In this document: piece by piece, positions 1 through 7,372 of the stretch | How the letters are laid out: the number at the start of each line of letters is the position of its first letter | Position numbering within the stretch: the first letter of the stretch is position 1 | DNA from: a virus | Taxonomy: Duplodnaviria > Caudoviricetes | DNA: 28,262 nucleotides | IMG/VR virus record: IMGVR_UViG_3300036815_000031 | Location: 1 to 28,262 of that record | Reading direction: 5' to 3' (one strand) | The notes under the pieces: model-generated | Told to the model about the DNA's origin: nothing | The model's input: the letters and a program-made list of their open reading frames with translations, nothing else | Database searches by the model: none | Position numbers and translations under genes: made by a program

Positions 1-148
1 GGATGACGACGACGGTCGGGGAGCTGATCCCGGGGTAGGTGATCTTCACCTGCCCGGCGGCCCCGCTGCCTCCCGGTGCGGCGTTGGAGGAGCCGCCGCC
101 GCCCGCGCCGCCCGGTGCCGAGCCCGGGGACCCTGAGTTGTTCGTCAT
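1..148 (-). CDS. Partial (N-terminus) of minor tail protein C-half, allele 1
   Basis: ATG at 148 overlaps the TGA at 145-147. Translates MTNNSGSPGSAPGGAGGGGSSNAAPGGSGAAGQVKITYPGISSPTVVVI, nearly identical to the start of 26154..27974. Runs off the window. Confidence 0.9.
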   Translation of the reverse strand, partial: MTNNSGSPGSAPGGAGGGGSSNAAPGGSGAAGQVKITYPGISSPTVVVI

Positions 149-436
149 GGCTTGTTCCCCAGGAAGTAGCCGGTCCCGTTACGCCGCGCCAGCCAGTTGC
201 CGTGCTCCGTGGTCGGGCACCAGGTGACGCCCTCGTGCCAGGACTCCTCGCGCGTGCAGTCGTCCCAGGGGATCAGGTCCAGGGTTCCCAGCGGAACCTG
301 GTCGCCGTCGCGCAGCTCGCCTGTCTCCCGGTACGCCCACTTCCCGTCGCTCATGACCAGCCAGCGGTGCTGGGAGGTGACGCAGGCCGTGAAGTCCGGG
401 TGGGTCACCGTCGTCACGGCGCAGGGCACCTCGTAG
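1..436. repeat. Terminal direct repeat, copy 1 (matches 27827-28262; 310-436 identical, 1-309 diverged)
   Basis: Manual alignment at a constant offset of 27826 with no indels. About 26 substitutions, all within 1-309; the final 127 nt are exact. Confidence 0.97.
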
Positions 437-1794
437 ACGCGGACGGCGGTGACGGCCGTCTCCTCCACGTTGCCGCTGGCCGGGTTGAACGCCAGCGTGC
501 GGTCACCAGCGGACAGCCTGTCGTAGGTGAGCCAGCCGCGCCTGGTGTAGATCTCCGTCAGCTCATCGACGCAGCCGCCGAACGACCCGCCCGCGCCTCC
601 GGCACCGCCGCCGGTAACCGCCGCCCCTCCGGCACCTCCGGCCCCGGCGGACTGAGACCCTCCAGCGTTGCCCGCTGCTGCGGAACCGCCGGATGAGGGA
701 CCGCCCGCGCCGCCGACGCTGGCCCCGGAGGTGCCCAGTGTCCCTGCCGCCCCGTCGTGGTGCGTGGTGTTGGCGGAGCCGGTTCCCTTGGCCCCGACCG
801 TCCCGGCGCTGTCGCCGCCGCCGGTCCCGCCGTGCGCGGTGACGGTAACCGAGTCCCCGGTGAAGGTGGAGTTGCCGCCGTTGCCCCCGGCACCCGTCCC
901 GTTGCTCCCGCCGCCGCCCGCGCCGACCACGAGGGTGTAGGTGCCCTGGTCGGTGACGGCTACCGAGGTCTCCTTGGCGTACTCGCCCGACCCGCCGCTG
1001 GACCCGGACGCGGTGTTCAGGACGCCGAACCCGCCTCCGCCCGCGCCGCCGGTCACCTCGACGGACGTCAGCGGCACCCCCTGGCTGGCGACGTACGAGT
1101 ACGTTCCCGGCGTTGAGTAGGTGACGGACCCGGACGGGACCGAGAACACCCCGGTCAGCCCGGTCAGCGCCGCCCCGTTGAGCAGCGGTAGCGGGTCGGT
1201 CCCCTCGAAGACGGAGGTGGAGGACAGGTTGGGCGTGCCCGTCCAGGACAGGTCGTCGCCCGTGGTGATCGCGTTGACGAACTGGGTGGCCCCGTTGTTC
1301 TCCTCCATCGGCCACAGGGCGACGGGGGCCGTCGCGCCGGTCTTCAGCAGGTAGAACCGCTTGAGCGGCGAGCCGATGTTGCCGCCCTGCGCGAAGCGCT
1401 GGAGGACGCCGTTCGCGGTCACCTCAACGTAGACGTCGTTGCCGCTGGAGTCCCACTTGGGCGGCCAGGCGCTGATCTCGCCCCAGAAGCGGTACCCGCT
1501 GTAGGCGGTCGCGTTGGCCGACTGGGAGTTCACGGAGATGCGGACCTGCACGTTGCGGGTGATGTACGGGTAGAACAGGCCGCCGGAGTTCTTCGGGGAG
1601 AAGTTGCCGTTCCGGTTGTTCAGCGTCATCGTGCAGTCAGACGGGCTGATGCCCGACGTCTCGTTGGGCCGGCCGCGCGAGCCGATGTGGATGTCGCTGC
1701 GCTGGTACACGAACTGCGAGATGTTCGTCCAGGTCCCGTTGAGGAGTACCTCGACGGTGATCCCGAGCGGGTTCGCAGGGAACGCCGAGGGCAT
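145..1794 (-). CDS. Minor tail protein N-half (tail-tip region, Gly-rich domain, C-terminal Hint/intein domain)
   Basis: 549 aa downstream of the tape measure with a GGAGG RBS. N-terminus resembles actinophage tail proteins (W.DIS..V...RGR..E...P..C..TLNN..G.FSP.N). Gly-rich stretch from TYSTPGTYSY, then a 140-aa Hint domain plus KP-stop. Confidence 0.9.
   Translation of the reverse strand: MPSAFPANPLGITVEVLLNGTWTNISQFVYQRSDIHIGSRGRPNETSGISPSDCTMTLNNRNGNFSPKNSGGLFYPYITRNVQVRISVNSQSANATAYSGYRFWGEISAWPPKWDSSGNDVYVEVTANGVLQRFAQGGNIGSPLKRFYLLKTGATAPVALWPMEENNGATQFVNAITTGDDLSWTGTPNLSSTSVFEGTDPLPLLNGAALTGLTGVFSVPSGSVTYSTPGTYSYVASQGVPLTSVEVTGGAGGGGFGVLNTASGSSGGSGEYAKETSVAVTDQGTYTLVVGAGGGGSNGTGAGGNGGNSTFTGDSVTVTAHGGTGGGDSAGTVGAKGTGSANTTHHDGAAGTLGTSGASVGGAGGPSSGGSAAAGNAGGSQSAGAGGAGGAAVTGGGAGGAGGSFGGCVDELTEIYTRRGWLTYDRLSAGDRTLAFNPASGNVEETAVTAVRVYEVPCAVTTVTHPDFTACVTSQHRWLVMSDGKWAYRETGELRDGDQVPLGTLDLIPWDDCTREESWHEGVTWCPTTEHGNWLARRNGTGYFLGNKP
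154..573 (-). mobile_element. Mini-intein/Hint domain, 140 aa, no homing endonuclease
   Basis: Block A CVDELTEIYTRRGW, block B VTSQHRWLV (TxxH), block F VTWCPTTEHGNWLARRNG, block G GYFLGN. The terminal Asn is followed by Lys rather than Cys/Ser/Thr. Confidence 0.92.
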
Positions 1795-1803
1795 TGCTTC
1801 CTC

Positions 1804-2109
1804 CTACAGGACCGGCTCGGTGACCTCAAACGAGTCCGTGCAGACCGCCTGGCACGCTCCCGTCCCTATCCACTCAGCAGTAACTGTAATGGCCCCGGCG
1901 CTCACCCAGCTTGTCGTGTCCAGGTCGGCGTAGTAGACCCCGGTAGACACTTTGGTCACCTGGCTCCCCGCGTAGGTCAGGGTGGTGACGGACGCGCCGC
2001 CGCCCGGCCGGTACTTGAGGGTCACGGTGGTCGGGTCGGCGGCCGACCCGTTGACGCCGGTAAAGGTGACTGTCTCGCGGACCAGGGCGCCCGCCAGGTA
2101 GGAGTTCAC
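1804..2109 (-). CDS. Small beta-rich (Ig-like) virion protein, 101 aa
   Basis: Likely start is GTG 2109 (GTGA overlap with upstream stop), not 2937. ADPTTVTL...GVYYADLDT...W.GTG pattern with high GC3. Confidence 0.7.
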   Translation of the reverse strand: MNSYLAGALVRETVTFTGVNGSAADPTTVTLKYRPGGGASVTTLTYAGSQVTKVSTGVYYADLDTTSWVSAGAITVTAEWIGTGACQAVCTDSFEVTEPVL

Positions 2110-2819
2110 GACTGGTTGCCTGCCTTTGCGCTGGAGGTGAGCGAGCTGGACGACGATGCCGCCGGGGCGGCGTTCCCCGGGGCCGCAGACGGCCCCAGGC
2201 GGCTCGCGGAGGACGCGGACGGCGCGGCGTTCGAGGACGAGGCAGAGGCTGCTGAGCGGGACGCTGCGGCCTCTCCCGGTACCGGGACCACCGGGGGGTC
2301 GCCGACCTCGACGTCCACCCAGTAGTTGAGGCCGGCTCCAGAGGTATTCGGCAGGGCGTCGCCCGCGCCCGTGACCCCCTGGCCGATGAGGGACGCCGCC
2401 AGGGAGGGAGCCGACAGCGCCCCGTTGACGACGCCCGCCGAGCCGGCCCCGCTCGACCAGTAGGAGGCCGTGCGGTTCTGCCAGGTGCCGGCCCCGCTGT
2501 TGTAGCAGGTGACCGCGTACTTCCCGGAGGAGCTGAGGATCACGCTGCTGCCGTCGTACGTCACCTTGACCCAGCCGCTTCCCACGGCACCGGACCACGA
2601 CGGGGAGGTCGTCACCGACCCGGGCACTACCGCTCCCCCAACCAGGTCCCAGACGGCGACCTTGGTGGGCAGGTTCGTCGTTGCCGGGGTGCTGTAGAAC
2701 CAGATCCCGAACAGCGCCTGGGGCGCGCTGACCTCGAACTCGGTGCCGACCGTGTTGTTGCTGGCCTTCGGGTTGGTAGACGACGGGGTGACGGACGGCC
2801 ACAGGCGGACGGTCATCAC
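2106..2819 (-). CDS. DUF4082-like beta-sandwich virion protein with Ala/Ser-rich tail
   Basis: VGTEF...GIWFY...VAVWD...SGWVKV...NYWVDVEV recalls DUF4082. Coupled to the tape measure stop. Confidence 0.75.
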   Translation of the reverse strand: MMTVRLWPSVTPSSTNPKASNNTVGTEFEVSAPQALFGIWFYSTPATTNLPTKVAVWDLVGGAVVPGSVTTSPSWSGAVGSGWVKVTYDGSSVILSSSGKYAVTCYNSGAGTWQNRTASYWSSGAGSAGVVNGALSAPSLAASLIGQGVTGAGDALPNTSGAGLNYWVDVEVGDPPVVPVPGEAAASRSAASASSSNAAPSASSASRLGPSAAPGNAAPAASSSSSLTSSAKAGNQS

Positions 2820-5410
2820 AGGCTCCCGAATGCCTTCTGCACCGCGTCCGGTCCCTTGCCGCCCTTGGTCCGCACGGTGTAGCGGATGTCCTCAAGCTGC
2901 TGCTGGGTGAGCCCGGCCTTGCGGAAGCTGTCGCCAAGCTCCAGGGTGAGGTGCACGCCGCCGGAGCTGAGCTGGCCCATCATCTGGGCGGTGGCCCCGG
3001 CCGGGTACACGTTCGCCCCGCCCGGCAGCTTCACCAGCTCGCGGCCGTGCTCGCCGACCATCGCCCACCCCGGCGAGGTGGCCCCGCCTGCGGCGTACCA
3101 GTGGTCGGCCTGCTCGTGCGCCCAGGCGTTGACCGGGTTGCCGTACCGCTGGGCGATGTAGTTGAAGAACCCGGTGAGCTGCCCGGCCAGGGTGTTCGCG
3201 TTGCCGCCGTACTGCGCGTACTCCGACGGGCCGTTGATGAACTGGGCGATGCCGTACGCCCCGCTGGACGGGTTCTGGGCGGTCATCGACCAGCCGGACT
3301 CGGCCATCGCCACGTTGTTGAGGGCCGTCCACTGCGCGCCGGTCCACCCGACCAGCGCGGCCATCTTCATGGCGGTCTGCTGCGCGACGGTCGGGCTGCC
3401 TGAGGCGGGGATGCCCTGGGTACCGCCGACCACCTTGTTCTTCAGGGCGGTCGCCGCCTGGGCAGCGGACTCGTGGGCGTTGCTCATGCCGATGCCGAGG
3501 CCCTTCATGATCCACTGGCCCGCGTCGATGGCCCACTGGGGCGGGGAGTGGATGCCGAGGGCGTGCAGGATGTCGCCGGGCAGGTTCTTGAAGAAGTTAA
3601 CGACGTCACTCCAGATGCCCTTGATGCCGCTGAGCATGCTGTTCATGATCGACGAGCCCCAGCTCCGGAGCTGGCCGCCGAGGGAGGACAGCGCGGACAG
3701 GACGCTGGCGGGGATGCCCCGGAAGAACCCGAGGATGTTGCCCCAGACTGAGCGGGCGTCGGAGTAGATCGTGCCCCAGGCGGACGACAGCCAGCCGGTC
3801 AGGTTCCGCCAGATGTTCTGGACGAACGTCTGGATCTGCTGGTGGTAGACGATGATCAGGCCGCTCGGGCCGAGAATCAGCGGCCACCAGTGCCGCGCGA
3901 AGTTGTAGATGTCCGACCAGGCCGACGACAGGAAGTTGGTCACGTCGTGCCAGATGCGCTGGATGAACGACCACACCTGGTTGTGGTAGATGATGATCAG
4001 CCCCGACGGGCCGAGGATCAGGGGCCACCAGTGGCTGGCGAAGCCGTAGATGTCGCCCCACACCTGCGAGACGAACTTGGACACGTTGTGCCAGGTGTCC
4101 TGGATGAAGTTCCAGATCTGGGTGTGGTACTTGATGACCAGCGCGGCGATGGCGACGACGGCGATGCCGATGGCCACGAACGGGTTCATGTCCATCACCG
4201 CGTTGAGCACGCCCTGGGCGATGGCGACCGTCTTGGCGACGATCGCGTAGGCGGCCAGCCCGGCCACCAGGATGCCGATGGCGATGGCGACGTCGGTCAC
4301 CGTCTGCACGTGGTTGGCCATCCAGGAGAACACGGTGGTCACGGCGGGCAGCAGCTTGTTGCCCAGTTCGATGGCCAGCGACTCCCCGGCCGCCTGCACC
4401 TGGGCCATCTTCTGGTTGAGGGTGCCCTGGATCTCGGAGAAGCCCTTGACGTTACCCTGCGCGTCGGCGCTGGCGCTGGAGATGCCAGCGATGGCGGCCT
4501 GGGTGCCCTTCGCGTTCTCCCCGGTGGTGGCCAGGGCGACCTGGAGGCCGTTGGCGCTGCCCATCAGCTTCGCCAGGGCCTGCGGGACGGTCATCCCGAG
4601 GGACGGGGCCATCTGCTCGGCCACCCCGCGCAGCCACTGGAGGGTACCGCCCAGGCCCTGCGACTGGAGGTGGGTGTTCACGTCGTCGGCGCTGATGCCG
4701 AACTCCTTGAACGACTTGACCATCGCGCCGGTCGGGTCCATCAGGTGGCGCATGGCGTTGGCCATCTGCTGCGACGCCTCCTGGGCGGAGATGCCGTGCG
4801 AGGTCATCTCGGCCTCGACGCCCGCCACGTCCGCCAGCTTCAGGTGCATCGCCGAGGCCAGCGGCAGCACCACCGACATCGACTGGGAGAACTCCTCGAA
4901 GTTCGTCTTGCCGAAGGACACCGCCGTGACCAGCTTGGACGTCACGTCGGCAGCGGCGCCGGCCTTCATGTGGTAGTCAACCAGCACGTCGGTGACGGCG
5001 TTGGACACGGTGGCCAGGCTGGCGTTCTCGTCCTTCGCCCCCTGGGCTGCCGCCTTGAGCACGGTTAGCCCGGCCGCGCCGTGGTAGCCCGCGCTCTCCA
5101 CGACGTACATGCCCTTGGACAGCTCCATGGCGCTGGTGCCAACCTGGCTCGCCATGTTGAGCATCCCCTGGCGCACCTGGTCGATGTTCTTGTTCGTCTC
5201 CCCGGCGGAGGTGACCAGGCGGGCGGTGGAGTTCTGGTAGTCGCCCGCCATCTTGACGGACGCGACGCCGACGGCGATGAGCCCGGCGGCCCCGACCAGC
5301 CCGGCGGTGGCGAGCTTCGAGGACATGGAGGCGCTGCCGGCCTCCGCCTCGGCGAATGCCGCCTTCGTCTCGTTCGTCGCGTGAACGACGACCTCGACGA
5401 TGTTAGGCAT
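2816..5410 (-). CDS. Tape measure protein with C-terminal lytic transglycosylase (SLT-like) domain
   Basis: 864 aa, Ala/Gly-rich helical TP901-like core, Trp-periodic repeats, ESGW...AQNPSSGAYGIAQF...YI..RYG.P..AW motif. Follows the tail chaperone. Confidence 0.95.
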   Translation of the reverse strand: MPNIVEVVVHATNETKAAFAEAEAGSASMSSKLATAGLVGAAGLIAVGVASVKMAGDYQNSTARLVTSAGETNKNIDQVRQGMLNMASQVGTSAMELSKGMYVVESAGYHGAAGLTVLKAAAQGAKDENASLATVSNAVTDVLVDYHMKAGAAADVTSKLVTAVSFGKTNFEEFSQSMSVVLPLASAMHLKLADVAGVEAEMTSHGISAQEASQQMANAMRHLMDPTGAMVKSFKEFGISADDVNTHLQSQGLGGTLQWLRGVAEQMAPSLGMTVPQALAKLMGSANGLQVALATTGENAKGTQAAIAGISSASADAQGNVKGFSEIQGTLNQKMAQVQAAGESLAIELGNKLLPAVTTVFSWMANHVQTVTDVAIAIGILVAGLAAYAIVAKTVAIAQGVLNAVMDMNPFVAIGIAVVAIAALVIKYHTQIWNFIQDTWHNVSKFVSQVWGDIYGFASHWWPLILGPSGLIIIYHNQVWSFIQRIWHDVTNFLSSAWSDIYNFARHWWPLILGPSGLIIVYHQQIQTFVQNIWRNLTGWLSSAWGTIYSDARSVWGNILGFFRGIPASVLSALSSLGGQLRSWGSSIMNSMLSGIKGIWSDVVNFFKNLPGDILHALGIHSPPQWAIDAGQWIMKGLGIGMSNAHESAAQAATALKNKVVGGTQGIPASGSPTVAQQTAMKMAALVGWTGAQWTALNNVAMAESGWSMTAQNPSSGAYGIAQFINGPSEYAQYGGNANTLAGQLTGFFNYIAQRYGNPVNAWAHEQADHWYAAGGATSPGWAMVGEHGRELVKLPGGANVYPAGATAQMMGQLSSGGVHLTLELGDSFRKAGLTQQQLEDIRYTVRTKGGKGPDAVQKAFGSL
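3763..4141 (-). repeat. 47-aa (141-nt) tandem repeats in tape measure, about 2.6 units
   Basis: YH codons at 4129, 3988 and 3847 (141-nt period); HWWPLILGPSGLII occurs twice. Confidence 0.85.
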
Positions 5411-5648
5411 CAGAACTCACCGACGTCCTCTCCCGTGCCGCCGGGTCGCCCCAGCTCCTGAACCTTCACCATCCGCAGCAGGTAGGCGTCCTCCGCCAGG
5501 ACCTCGCTGGGCAGCTTCTTGAACCTGTCGCACAGGCCGAGGATCATGTTCGCCTCGGCCAGTTCGGCGGGCTCGGTTACCCGATATCCATCGGCAGCGA
5601 CTCCTCCAGGGACGGCGGCCCAGAGTGAGAGCTGCTCGGCGAGGTAGG
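5410..5648 (-). CDS. Tail assembly chaperone extension (GT-like, -1 frame)
   Basis: EPAELAEANMILGLCDRFKKLPSEVLAED lies in the -1 frame between chaperone and tape measure, with no convincing start of its own. TGATG coupling to the tape measure. Start coordinate is the presumed slip site. Confidence 0.65.
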
Positions 5649-6095
5649 GTCCACCCCCGCCATGGCCTCCTGCCAGGCCTTGTAGAGGGACAGGATGAAG
5701 TCCAGCTCCTGGCCGAGGATGCCGGTGATGTTGCACTCGGGGCGGTCCGCCTTGAGGGTGCCCGGACGCTCACGGTGCTCGGCGCAGTAGCCGTCGTCGG
5801 CCACCAGCTTCCCGGACTCGGCGCACTGCGCCAGGACGGGCGGGACGTCCTCGTCGTGCTCGTCCACCAGGTTCCACTCCACGAGGTTGGCCGCGAAGTA
5901 CTTGAACATGTCCCGCTGGATGCCCATCGACGCCTTCGGGTCGTCGGCGACGGCGGTGAACTTGGCGGTCATGTCCAGGAAGCCCCGGATGGAGACCGAG
6001 CGCATCAGGACTTCGAGGCCGTGCAGCTCGGTGTCCTCGGGGAACACGAGCCGGAACTGCTTCGGCTCCTTCTTGAACTTGCTGCGGTTGCCCAT
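5577..6095 (-). CDS. Tail assembly chaperone
   Basis: 172 aa before the tape measure; LVEWNLVDE...PP and AW..AM.GV..P motifs typical of actinophage chaperones. Confidence 0.85.
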   Translation of the reverse strand: MGNRSKFKKEPKQFRLVFPEDTELHGLEVLMRSVSIRGFLDMTAKFTAVADDPKASMGIQRDMFKYFAANLVEWNLVDEHDEDVPPVLAQCAESGKLVADDGYCAEHRERPGTLKADRPECNITGILGQELDFILSLYKAWQEAMAGVDPTSPSSSHSGPPSLEESLPMDIG

Positions 6096-6096
6096 C

Positions 6097-6372
6097 TCAG
6101 TGCCCCTTCGCTGCCTCGTAGGCCGTGTACTGCGTGAGTGCCTGCCCTACGGCGTCGCCGAGCTGGACGCTGCTGAGCCCCTCGCAGGAAGCTGGCACCG
6201 GGGAGCTGCGGTGCAGTGTCCCCGCCTCTTCCCCGGCCGCCACCGCAGCGGCGCACGCGCTGACGGAGCCGTGCGGCGGGCTTCCCGAGAAGACCGCGAC
6301 GGGGATCGCCACGGCCAGCGTCACTACTGCCGCTCCTGCCACTGCGATCACCGCCGTCCTCTTGCTGATCAC
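6097..6372 (-). CDS. Small membrane-anchored/secreted protein with a Cys pair
   Basis: GGAG RBS; KR followed by ~22 hydrophobic residues; C...PASCEGL motif. Confidence 0.75.
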   Translation of the reverse strand: MISKRTAVIAVAGAAVVTLAVAIPVAVFSGSPPHGSVSACAAAVAAGEEAGTLHRSSPVPASCEGLSSVQLGDAVGQALTQYTAYEAAKGH

Positions 6373-6400
6373 TAGTTACTCCTGCCCGGTGCCCGGTTGG

Positions 6401-6435
6401 CCCGCCAGCAGCGACCGGGTGGCGCTGCTGGCGGG
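6401..6435 (-). terminator. Hairpin after tail tube gene
   Basis: cccgccagcagcg-N9-cgctgctggcggg, a 13-bp perfect stem 8 nt after the stop at 6443. Confidence 0.7.
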
Positions 6436-6442
6436 GGACTGG

Positions 6443-6874
6443 TCAGGCGTGCGTGGTCCAGGTGGGAACGCCGCCGTCCGAGAGCGAGCCCGGCACCTGC
6501 CAGGTCAGCTCCCCGGTGTTGTTCCTGGTGATCTGGTAGTCGGTCAGGATGCAGTTGACGACCAGCGAGGGAAGCCCGGTGGTAGCGCCGATCGGGTCCA
6601 GCTCAACCGAGCGGGTCGCCGAGGTGGACGGGATCGTCTTGAACACGTCGTGCGACAGGTTCGACGAAGCGGAGTTGAAGACGCCGTTCAGCGTCACCGA
6701 GTAGTCGGCGAGCAGCAGGATGCGCTCGTGAGCGCTCTTGTCCACGCCCGTGGTGTCCTGCACGCCCTTGGGCGTGGAGAACTGGTAGTTGGTGACGTCG
6801 TTGGAGATGGTCCGCGCGGTTCCGCCCGAGTCCTGGACCAGGACGGCACCGCCGAGACCAGAGGTCTTCGCCAT
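6443..6874 (-). CDS. Major tail (tube) protein
   Basis: 143 aa; MAKTSGLG...DVTN..FSTP..VQDTTG.DKSAHERILLLAD.SVTLNGVFN...TDYQITR..TGEL. Sits before the chaperone and is followed by a terminator. Confidence 0.8.
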   Translation of the reverse strand: MAKTSGLGGAVLVQDSGGTARTISNDVTNYQFSTPKGVQDTTGVDKSAHERILLLADYSVTLNGVFNSASSNLSHDVFKTIPSTSATRSVELDPIGATTGLPSLVVNCILTDYQITRNNTGELTWQVPGSLSDGGVPTWTTHA

Positions 6875-6880
6875 GACGTG

Positions 6881-7372
6881 TCAGCCCCTTTCGATGGCTG
6901 TCTTGAGCCTGTCCTGGTGGATCGAGAAGTCCTCAACCCAGTCCTCGGCCCTCTTGTGAACCCGCGCCGGAATCCCGAGCGGGTTGCCCCGGAAGTCGCC
7001 GCCGGCCACATACAGCCGGGCCGGGCGCTCCAGGGGCAGTCTGTGCTGTGACCTGGCGAAGCACGGGAAGCCAGGCCCGTAGACGAACTTGACCAGCGTC
7101 AGGGAGGGACGCTGCATCGAGTAGCGGCGCTCCTTGTCGTGCGTGATCAGCTCGTACTGCTTGCGGCCCAGCTCGGTGTCCAGGTCAACGGTGGTGACCC
7201 ATCCCTTGAGGTAGGCCGTGCAGTTCACCTCGTCGCAGGTGGCCTTGCGCCAGTGGGTGGCCAGCGGCATCGACATGCCGTAGGTCTTGTAGTGCTGCGG
7301 CCCGGCCTCCGGGGCGATCCGGCTCACCCGCTGCCCGTACGTCCCGAACGGGACCTGCACCATCACGCTCAT
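6881..7372 (-). CDS. Hypothetical tail-region protein, 163 aa, Cys/His-containing
   Basis: Start ATG 7372 (TGATG overlap), not 7711. ATCDEVNC..Y..GW and F.PG.PCF...H motifs. Confidence 0.8.
   Translation of the reverse strand: MSVMVQVPFGTYGQRVSRIAPEAGPQHYKTYGMSMPLATHWRKATCDEVNCTAYLKGWVTTVDLDTELGRKQYELITHDKERRYSMQRPSLTLVKFVYGPGFPCFARSQHRLPLERPARLYVAGGDFRGNPLGIPARVHKRAEDWVEDFSIHQDRLKTAIERG

Noticed and set aside
145-153. Sequencing error or pseudogene at the tail gene break
   Set aside because: The same 8 nt occur in two diverged copies, with a clean ATGA coupling like other genes in this operon, and both ORFs are long and intact.
1-436. Diversity-generating retroelement TR/VR pair
   Set aside because: No reverse transcriptase is present, and the differences are not adenine-specific; many are synonymous third-position changes.
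1-436. Physical direct terminal repeat of the virion DNA
   Set aside because: True DTRs are identical; these copies differ over 309 nt, and the exact part equals a typical assembler k-mer length.
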